DNA of 10,580 nucleotides from a candidate division WOR-3 bacterium. GTDB lineage: Bacteria > Hydrothermota > Tepidihabitantia > SM23-42 > JAOAFX01. The stretch covers positions 1-10,580 of the forward strand of contig JBBILZ010000068.1 of NCBI GenBank assembly GCA_037444665.1. Direction: 5' to 3'. The position numbers and the translations under genes were made by a program. Shown one piece after another: positions 1 through 5,573 of the stretch. Numbering within the stretch: position 1 is the first letter of the stretch; every line of letters starts with the position of its first letter. The notes beneath the pieces were generated by a model that ran no database searches, had not been told where the DNA came from, and saw nothing but the letters and a program-made list of their open reading frames with translations.

Positions 1-1
1 A

Positions 2-151
2 TTTTTTGTAATTATTTATCGCTCATTAGCAGGGGTTATTCAGGCACTGGGCAGGGTATTTTCTTCAATCCATAATGGTGACCTACCTGGTTATCTCGGC
101 TGGATATTTCTGGGTGGAATAATTATTTTGATTTTAGTGGGACTATTATGA
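2..151 (+). CDS. 3' end (5'-truncated by window) of a proton-conducting membrane subunit (MrpA/MrpD/NuoL-like)
   Basis: Frame +2 is open from the window edge to TGA at 149-151: ...GRVFSSIHNGDLPGYLGWIFLGGIIILILVGLL*. The HxGxLxxYxxW motif plus terminal TM helix resembles the C-terminus of NuoL/MrpA-like subunits, and the operon context fits. Confidence 0.7.
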   Translation, partial: FFVIIYRSLAGVIQALGRVFSSIHNGDLPGYLGWIFLGGIIILILVGLL

Positions 152-201
152 GCAATGGTTGTAAAGGATTAGCACGGGTCATTCTCTTGGAGTCTTTATG
201 A
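148..201 (+). other. Junction scar / 17-aa mini-ORF (MSNGCKGLARVILLESL) resembling the fused left and right ends of the four-helix-bundle cassette
   Basis: 164-183 AAGGATTAGCACGGGTCATT matches 747-766 AAGGGTTAGCAAGGGTCATT at 18/20. It ends in TTGGAGTCTTTATG, like 1243-1256 TTGGAGGTTTTATG. ATGA overlaps with both neighbouring genes. Confidence 0.55.
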
Positions 202-731
202 TTGAAATATATCTGTTTTTGGTTTTTATGATTATCGCCGCAATTATTGCGATTGAAATAAAAGATTTGCTTGCTGCTGAATTGCTGTTGGAGCCAGTAG
301 GTTTTTCTGTGGCGATTCTATTTATCATTTTGCAGGCACCGGATCTGGCTATTGTGCAGATTGTGGTAGAGATTCTTACAGTTATTATCTTTGTTGCAGT
401 TATTTTCCGGACCGCGGATATTGATGAGACACTAACAAAAAAATTCTCACCTTTTCAGACCTCAGGCATTGTCTTTTATGGATTCTTTGTGGTGTTGTTT
501 ATATTAATAATGGAAAAACTTTTCACTCAATTACCAACATTTGGTTCACCAATAATGAAAGTTGCGAGTGAATATATTAAAATGGGACTCTATAAAGTTG
601 GTGGTGCAAATATTGTAGCAGATATTATTCTTGATTTTCGCGGTCTTGATACCTTAGGTGAGGCGACTGTGCTCTTTACCTCGGTCATCGGCGTGCTCGT
701 GGTGATGAGGAAGATAGGGAAGAAGATATGA
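198..731 (+). CDS. Mrp/Mbh membrane subunit, DUF4040 (MbhD-like) fused to an MbhE-like domain
   Basis: Hydrophobic N-terminal region with the APDLAIVQIVVE motif; C-terminal NIVADIILDFRGLDTLGEATVL motif (DFRxxDTxGE); GGAG RBS at 189-192. Confidence 0.85.
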   Translation: MIEIYLFLVFMIIAAIIAIEIKDLLAAELLLEPVGFSVAILFIILQAPDLAIVQIVVEILTVIIFVAVIFRTADIDETLTKKFSPFQTSGIVFYGFFVVLFILIMEKLFTQLPTFGSPIMKVASEYIKMGLYKVGGANIVADIILDFRGLDTLGEATVLFTSVIGVLVVMRKIGKKI

Positions 732-1135
732 ATAATAAGGGTAATCAAGGGTTAGCAAGGGTCATTAAGGGTAATCAGGGGTACAAAAAATTAGTAGTAT
801 GGCGTAATGCATGTGAATTAAGGATGTTCATCTACAAACTCACCAAAAACTTCTCCAGACAAGAATTTAAAAGAACTTCGCAGATGAACGATAGCGCAAT
901 GTCAGTAAAACAAAATATTCAGGAAGGTTATGCCCGTAGGTCTCTTGCTGAGTATATTCATTTTCTTAGCATCGCTCAAGGTTCATTAAGTGAATTGTTG
1001 GGTGACTTAGAAGATTGTTATGTAGATGGACTAATCTCTGAAAGTGATTTTAATTATGGAGAAAAACTGATAGGAAGAACAGATTATCTTTTTATGCGGT
1101 TAATCCAATCATTGAAGAGAAAAAAGGAGCAATAA
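728..1135 (+). CDS. Four-helix-bundle protein, copy 1 (TIGR02436 / 23S rRNA IVS-protein / Avd-like family)
   Basis: Family motifs YKKLVVW, SQMNDSAMSVKQNIQEG and FLSIAQGSLSEL. ATGA overlap with the upstream stop. The N-terminus is encoded by the left repeat arm. Confidence 0.9.
   Translation: MNNKGNQGLARVIKGNQGYKKLVVWRNACELRMFIYKLTKNFSRQEFKRTSQMNDSAMSVKQNIQEGYARRSLAEYIHFLSIAQGSLSELLGDLEDCYVDGLISESDFNYGEKLIGRTDYLFMRLIQSLKRKKEQ
736..783 (+). repeat. Cassette 1 left arm: five ~10-bp units (consensus YAAGGGTMAT)
   Basis: TAAGGGTAAT CAAGGGTTAG CAAGGGTCAT TAAGGGTAAT CAGGGGTA; G-tracts at 739, 749, 759, 769 and 778. Confidence 0.9.
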
Positions 1136-1190
1136 ACTATGGATTATCAGCACCTGTTATGGTTAATCAGAAACTCCGAGGGTGCTCTAT

Positions 1191-1242
1191 TTGCTCCCTT
1201 AATTACCCTTGATTCCCCTTTATTCCCCCTTATTCCCCTTAC
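1191..1242 (-). repeat. Cassette 1 right arm: five ~10-bp C-tract units, imperfect reverse complement of the left arm
   Basis: TTGCTCCCTT AATTACCCTT GATTCCCCTT TATTCCCCCT TATTCCCCTT; ATTACCCTT is the reverse complement of AAGGGTAAT. It ends immediately before the RBS TTGGAGG at 1243-1249. Confidence 0.9.
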
Positions 1243-1253
1243 TTGGAGGTTTT

Positions 1254-1685
1254 ATGAGTTTGATCGTTAAACGAATTACAAATCTTATCAGTGGATTTAT
1301 ATTTATGTATGGTATTTATATTATTCTTCATGGTCATCTTACACCGGGTAGTGGATTTGCCGGCGGAGTGATAATAGCAGGTGCATTGATATTAAGGGTA
1401 TTTGCCTTTGGAAGTGGTGCTGAAAAAGAGAAAAAGTCTTCAATTTTTGGTTCAGTATTTGAAAGTATTGGTGGTCTTATTTTCTGGGGTGCCGCATTTA
1501 CTGGTCTTTTGGTTGCGGGTGTCTTCTTTTTGAATGCACCCATATTTGGCCTTGGAAAGCCTTTGCATTTACTGAGTGCGGGTTTGATACCAATATGCAA
1601 CATTGCCATCGGTATAAAGGTTGCTGCGGGTCTATTCTCTATTTTCCTTGCCTTTGCTGCAATAAAATATTTGATGGAGGATTGA
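1254..1685 (+). CDS. mnhB: Na+/H+ antiporter subunit B / MbhF-like
   Basis: HGHLTPGSGFAGG motif (consensus HGHxxPGGGFxGG), ESIGG and IKVAAG. Start moved from TTG 1209 (inside the repeat arm) to ATG 1254 behind GGAGG. Confidence 0.9.
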   Translation: MSLIVKRITNLISGFIFMYGIYIILHGHLTPGSGFAGGVIIAGALILRVFAFGSGAEKEKKSSIFGSVFESIGGLIFWGAAFTGLLVAGVFFLNAPIFGLGKPLHLLSAGLIPICNIAIGIKVAAGLFSIFLAFAAIKYLMED

Positions 1686-2023
1686 TGATTATCTTTGCCA
1701 GTTGTGTAATATTATTTCTGATCGGTCTTTATGCGGTGGTGGTAAAGCGAAATTTAATAAAAATTGCTATAGGATTTGCGATTATGGAATATGCAGTGAA
1801 CCTTTTATTTGCGCTGATCGGCTTCAAAAAGGGTGCGATTGCACCGATCATTACAAAACTTGATATGCCGCATAATTTTGTTGACCCAATCCCGCAGGCA
1901 CTTGTTCTTACTGCAATTGTGATTGGTCTGGGAACTACTGCGCTACTACTCTCATTCATCGTCCGCATATACGAAAAATATAAGACAATGGATGTGGGAG
2001 AAATCAAAAAATTAAAGGGCTAA
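1685..2023 (+). CDS. mnhC: Na+/H+ antiporter subunit C / MbhG (NuoK-like)
   Basis: RNLIKIAIG and DPIPQALVLTAIVIG motifs. ATG 1685 overlaps the mnhB stop (TGATG), with GGAGGA at 1676-1681. Confidence 0.93.
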   Translation: MIIFASCVILFLIGLYAVVVKRNLIKIAIGFAIMEYAVNLLFALIGFKKGAIAPIITKLDMPHNFVDPIPQALVLTAIVIGLGTTALLLSFIVRIYEKYKTMDVGEIKKLKG

Positions 2024-2139
2024 AAAGAAGGGGTGAAGAAGGGTAAAAAAGGGTGAAGAAGGGTAAAAAGGGGAGAGAAAACAAGAATGGGTGAAGAAGG
2101 GAAAAGAAGGATTAAAAAGGGCGAAGAGGAGAAAAAAGG
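2024..2139 (+). repeat. Cassette 2 left arm: purine-rich 10-bp units (AAGGGTGAAG/AAGGGTAAAA)
   Basis: Starts at the mnhC stop codon. Five phased G-tracts at 2030, 2041, 2051, 2061 and 2070, then degenerate units to about 2139. Confidence 0.9.
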
Positions 2140-2527
2140 CTTGATGGGAAAGGGGTATATGAAGCTCATTGTCTGGAGGAATGCGTGTGAATTGCGTCGG
2201 CTCATATTTAACATCACCAAGAGGTTTTCTTATAAAGAATTTCGCCGCGCATCGCAAATGAATGATAGCGCAAGGTCTATTAAGCAAAATATCCAGGAAG
2301 GATATAAGAGGACATCTATAAAAGAATATATACATCACCTGTCAATTGCACAAGGTTCATTGGGTGAACTTTCCGGGGATGTAGATGATTGCTTTGAAGA
2401 TAAACTTATAATGGAAGAGGAATATAATAGAATTGATAACTTAATTAAGAGGACTGATTATCTATTTATGAGGTTAATTCAATCATTAAACAACAAAATA
2501 AAAAGGGGTAGACAATGTTTGGATTGA
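2087..2527 (+). CDS. Four-helix-bundle protein, copy 2 (TIGR02436 family)
   Basis: Same motifs as copy 1; 77/112 identical residues (about 69%, ungapped, counted by hand) over GY...IQSL. The start could alternatively be ATG 2144. Confidence 0.9.
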   Translation: MGEEGKRRIKKGEEEKKGLMGKGYMKLIVWRNACELRRLIFNITKRFSYKEFRRASQMNDSARSIKQNIQEGYKRTSIKEYIHHLSIAQGSLGELSGDVDDCFEDKLIMEEEYNRIDNLIKRTDYLFMRLIQSLNNKIKRGRQCLD

Positions 2528-2556
2528 AATCCGGCTTTCCCCTTGTTTATCTATCA

Positions 2557-2626
2557 TTCCCCCTCTTTACCTCTCTTTACCCCTCTTTCCCCCTCTTTCC
2601 CCGTCTTTACCCCTTTTTACCCCTTT
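2557..2626 (-). repeat. Cassette 2 right arm: about seven 10-bp pyrimidine units (CCCTCTTTAC-like), complementary to left arm 2
   Basis: CCCTCTTTAC CTCTCTTTAC CCCTCTTTCC CCCTCTTTCC CCGTCTTTAC CCCTTTTTAC CCCTTT; ends 4 bp before the RBS TTGGAGG at 2631-2637. Confidence 0.9.
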
Positions 2627-2642
2627 GTAATTGGAGGTATTT

Positions 2643-4130
2643 ATGACTTTTCTGCCACTCCTTTTTGCTTTGCCCTTATTGGGTGCATTTTTAATACCGC
2701 TGCTGTCTAAATTATGGAAACCTTTTGCTCCACTTATCGGAAATGTTATATCATTTGTGTTATTTATTCTCGCACTTTATGGTATTGCAATTACCCAGGC
2801 AGTTCCTATGGTTGTGTACAAGTTTGGTAACTGGCCACCACCCATTGGTATTGTCTTTGGTTTTGATTCATTTTCTGCTTTTATGGTTCTTGTTATTTCA
2901 ATTGTTGTTTTCACTGGGGCTATTTTTGCTGTCAGTTATTTGAAACATTATACGGGTCAATGGAAGTTCTGGACCCTTTATATGTTGATAACAGCAGGGT
3001 TGATGGGAATCTCAATTACCGGTGACCTATTCAATATGTTTGTCTGGATTGAAATATCTGCTATTGCATCCTATGCCCTGGTCAGTTTTGGTATTGAACA
3101 TGAAGAACTTGAGGCGGCATTTAAATATATGGTGATGGGTGAGATCGGAGGTATGACATTACTTTTGACCATCGCCTTGATCTACGCAAAGACCTCTACT
3201 CTAAACCTCGCAGACATCGGAAATTCATTACAGGAAATTAAAAATACTACATTCTACTGGTCCATCCTCGGGCTTTTATTATTCGCCTTCTCAATCAAAG
3301 CAGCACTTGTGCCATTCCATTTCTGGCTCCCTGATGCGCATCCATCAGCACCAGCACCAATTTCAAGTTTGCTCTCGGGAATATTTATTAAGGTTTTAGG
3401 GATCTATACGAGTGCCCGACTCATATTTAATATCTTTGGGCTAAGCAGGGAAAATGCACCATTCTTTTTTAATATATTGCTCGGGATTGGCTTATTGTCT
3501 ATAATCTTTGCTGGTATCACTGCATTGAACCAGAACGATTATAAGCGCCTGCTCGGTTATTCCACTGTCTCACAGATTGGTTATATAATGCTTGGGCTGG
3601 GGATTGGTAATTTCTATGGTGTGGCAGGTGCAATACTTTATATCCTGGCACATGGTGTATCAAAGGCATTGCTCTTTTTGACATCTGGTTCAGTAGTCTA
3701 TGCAACAGGGGAGAGGGATATAAATAAACTCGGAGGTCTGGGTGAAGCAATGCCCACAACTGCTTGGAGTTATAGAATTGGTGCACTTTCACTCATTGGA
3801 TTGCCACCACTTGTAGGATTCTTTGCCAAGTTTCTCATTGCCCTGGGTGCAATAAAACAGGGATTTTTGTGGCTGGCAATCGTTGCCATAGGATTCAGTG
3901 GAGTTACACTCGGTTATCTATTAAAGATTGAGAATAATGTCTATATGAAAAAGAATGGAGCGCAGGTTAAAGAATCACCTTTTCTTATGCGTGTAGCAAT
4001 GGTATTACTTGTGATTCTGATAATTATCCTTGGTATTGGTTATAAGCCGATATTTGATTTTGTCATTCAACCAGCAACCGAAGCATTGCTCAGGGGCACT
4101 GAATATATCAACTTAATTTTTGGTGGATGA
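2643..4130 (+). CDS. mnhD: Na+/H+ antiporter subunit D / MbhH (proton-conducting membrane transporter)
   Basis: GNWPPPIGI, TGDLFNMFVWIEI, KAALVPFHFWLPDAHPSAP, KRLLGYSTVSQIGY and GLPPLVGFFAK motifs; ATG 2643 follows GGAGG. Confidence 0.93.
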   Translation: MTFLPLLFALPLLGAFLIPLLSKLWKPFAPLIGNVISFVLFILALYGIAITQAVPMVVYKFGNWPPPIGIVFGFDSFSAFMVLVISIVVFTGAIFAVSYLKHYTGQWKFWTLYMLITAGLMGISITGDLFNMFVWIEISAIASYALVSFGIEHEELEAAFKYMVMGEIGGMTLLLTIALIYAKTSTLNLADIGNSLQEIKNTTFYWSILGLLLFAFSIKAALVPFHFWLPDAHPSAPAPISSLLSGIFIKVLGIYTSARLIFNIFGLSRENAPFFFNILLGIGLLSIIFAGITALNQNDYKRLLGYSTVSQIGYIMLGLGIGNFYGVAGAILYILAHGVSKALLFLTSGSVVYATGERDINKLGGLGEAMPTTAWSYRIGALSLIGLPPLVGFFAKFLIALGAIKQGFLWLAIVAIGFSGVTLGYLLKIENNVYMKKNGAQVKESPFLMRVAMVLLVILIIILGIGYKPIFDFVIQPATEALLRGTEYINLIFGG

Positions 4131-4151
4131 TATGAAAAAGGGAGAAGTGTA

Positions 4152-4637
4152 ATGAAGTATGTTATCTATTTCATAGTTAGTTTTGCCCTGTGGTTATTAT
4201 TGACATTAACGACAAATATAGACCATTTGATTGTAGGTGCCATTGTTGCGCTTCTGGGAACCATATTCTTTGGTGGTTATTTCACAGATAGACCGAAAAA
4301 ATTATTACAACCGCATCGTCTATTCTGGTTAATTGTCTATATTCCGGTATTCATCTGGTATATGGTCAAGGCAAATCTTGATGTTGCATACAGAACACTC
4401 CACCCAGAAAGGCCCCTTAATCCAGGAATTGTAAAGATAAAGACAAATCTGAAATCAGATACTGCAAAGGTCTTTCTCGCCAATTCTATTACACTTACAC
4501 CTGGCACGATGACCGTGGATATTGATGGTGATTATCTTTACATACACTGGATCTATGTGCAGGCAAGTGATATTGATGGAGCATCAAAGATTATTGCCCG
4601 TCCTTTTGAGAAGTTTTTAAGGAGGATCTTTGATTGA
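4152..4637 (+). CDS. mnhE: Na+/H+ antiporter subunit E / MbhA
   Basis: KANLDVA, PGIVKI, LANSITLTPGT and LYIHWI motifs; GGAG RBS at 4141-4144. Confidence 0.95.
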   Translation: MKYVIYFIVSFALWLLLTLTTNIDHLIVGAIVALLGTIFFGGYFTDRPKKLLQPHRLFWLIVYIPVFIWYMVKANLDVAYRTLHPERPLNPGIVKIKTNLKSDTAKVFLANSITLTPGTMTVDIDGDYLYIHWIYVQASDIDGASKIIARPFEKFLRRIFD

Positions 4638-4817
4638 AATTCGAAATTCGAAATCCGAAATTCGAAATAAATTCCAAATTCTAAATTCTAATCTCCAAAG
4701 CAGTTTTGGATTTAAATATTGTTTCGGATTTCGTGCTTCGGATTTAGGATTTTATAGCAGGAGGATCTTTGATTGAAATTCGAAATCCGAAATCCGAAAT
4801 TCGAAATAAATTTCAAA
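4620..4817 (+). repeat. 59-bp direct repeat (4620-4678 and 4759-4817, 57/59 identical) containing the mnhE 3' end plus a GAAATYC heptamer array
   Basis: AGGAGGATCTTTGATTGAAATTCGAAATYCGAAATCCGAAATTCGAAATAAATTYCAAA occurs twice, offset by 139 bp. Confidence 0.95.
4636..4753. repeat. Cargo-less heptamer inverted-repeat element (left GAAATYC/AAATTCT array; right TTCGGATTTCGTGCTTCGGATTTAGGATTT)
   Basis: The right part (about 4705-4753) is the imperfect reverse complement of the 7-bp array at 4636-4699, giving a long hairpin between mnhE and mnhF. Confidence 0.85.
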
Positions 4818-4851
4818 CCCGATTTATCGGGAGTATGATAAGGAGTTCGTT

Positions 4852-5106
4852 ATGATTCTGATGTTAATCGTCCTAACTTTCAGTGCCTTTTTGTGTCTTT
4901 ATAGAATTCAGCAGGGTCCAACCATTCCTGACCGTGCAGTTGGTGTGGATATAATGGGCACAATATTTGTTAATATTACTGCACTCACTGCGGTCTTTTA
5001 TAATCTGCCTTACCTTATGGATTTGGCTATCATCATTGCACTTTTCAGTTTTATTGGCACCCTTGCCCTGGCAAAGTATTTAGAAAAAAGGAGCCTTGAT
5101 GATTAA
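4852..5106 (+). CDS. mnhF: Na+/H+ antiporter subunit F / MbhB
   Basis: GPTIPDRAVGVD and FIGTLALAKYL motifs; AAGGAG RBS at 4840-4845. Confidence 0.93.
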   Translation: MILMLIVLTFSAFLCLYRIQQGPTIPDRAVGVDIMGTIFVNITALTAVFYNLPYLMDLAIIIALFSFIGTLALAKYLEKRSLDD

Positions 5107-5458
5107 CCCTATAGGTTGGATAATAATCTGGATTGGCATTCTTTTCAATCTTCTTGGAACCATAGGCCTTGTGAGGTTCCCTGATATTTATAACCGCCTC
5201 CAGACTTCAACAAAGTGTGTCACACTCGGTTCATTTGGATTAATGATAGGAATCTTTTTACTTTACGGTTTTACCCAAACTGGAATCAAGGCATTGATCT
5301 GCGGTGCATTTTTATTATTAACCAATCCTGTCGGTGCACATGCCTTGCTCAAGGGTTCGCTACATTATGGTATAAAATTGTGGAAGGGTTCGGTTGTTGA
5401 TAAGTATGGCGAAGAGAAACTCGGTGGAGAACGAATAGAAAAGGGTGAAGATGGGTAA
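5099..5458 (+). CDS. mnhG: Na+/H+ antiporter subunit G / MbhC
   Basis: GLVRFPDIYNRLQTSTKCVTLG and LTNPVGAHAL motifs; AGGAG at 5089-5093; start is ATG 5099 or TTG 5096. The last codons run into a purine repeat arm. Confidence 0.93.
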   Translation: MINPIGWIIIWIGILFNLLGTIGLVRFPDIYNRLQTSTKCVTLGSFGLMIGIFLLYGFTQTGIKALICGAFLLLTNPVGAHALLKGSLHYGIKLWKGSVVDKYGEEKLGGERIEKGEDG

Positions 5459-5519
5459 AAAGGGGTAAAAAAGGGTGAAAAAGGGGAGGAAACAAAAATG
5501 GGTGAAAAGGGATATAAAA
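5438..5519 (+). pseudogene. Orphan cassette-2-type left arm with the first codons (MGEKGYK) of a truncated four-helix-bundle gene
   Basis: Five phased G-tracts at 5443, 5453, 5462, 5473 and 5483. AAGGGGAGGAAACAAAAATGGGTGAA resembles 2068-2095. ATG 5498 reads MGEKGYK (compare GYKKL and GKGYMKL), then breaks at a GTAG palindrome. Confidence 0.65.
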
Positions 5520-5545
5520 GTAGGGACAAGGCTTGTCCTTGTCCG
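5520..5545 (+). repeat. REP-like palindrome with 5' GTAG
   Basis: GTAG-GGACAAGG-CTTGT-CCTTGTCC (8-bp stem); degenerate relative GTAGACAAGGCTTTTCCTTG at 6443-6462. Confidence 0.7.
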
Positions 5546-5573
5546 AGATGAATGAGGATAAACAGGAGGCAGA

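Larger units (their letters stand above)
728..1253 (+). mobile_element. Putative transposase-free junction cassette 1 (left arm + four-helix-bundle gene + right arm + RBS)
   Basis: An unrelated gene with inverted periodic arms fills the interval between two Mrp/Mbh subunit genes that are normally adjacent. Mobility is inferred, not shown. Confidence 0.55.
2024..2642 (+). mobile_element. Putative transposase-free junction cassette 2
   Basis: Same architecture as cassette 1, between mnhC and mnhD, which are normally adjacent. Mobility is inferred. Confidence 0.55.

Noticed and set aside
728..1135. 23S rRNA intervening sequence / rRNA gene
   Set aside because: The flanks are protein-coding Mrp subunits and no rRNA-like sequence is present.
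1209..1253. N-terminal extension of mnhB (MIPLYSPLFPLLGGF), and similar early starts at 1595 and 2631
   Set aside because: These are read-through of a repeat arm, the upstream gene or the RBS. ATGs at 1254, 1685 and 2643 have good SD sequences and match family N-termini.
1347..1355. MnhB motif variant PGSGF instead of PGGGF
   Set aside because: A single-base difference that could be a sequencing error or neutral variant; not interpretable from the sequence alone.
2012..2338. Minus-strand ORFs 2012-2338, 2020-2220 and 5360-5716
   Set aside because: Low-complexity F/P/L/S translations of the purine repeat arms, antisense to real genes.
728..2527. Diversity-generating retroelement (Avd-like genes)
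   Set aside because: No reverse transcriptase and no TR/VR pair with adenine-specific mismatches in the window.
4620..4817. CRISPR array
   Set aside because: Only two long repeats; the intervening sequence is itself repeat-derived, the repeat includes a gene end, and there are no cas genes.
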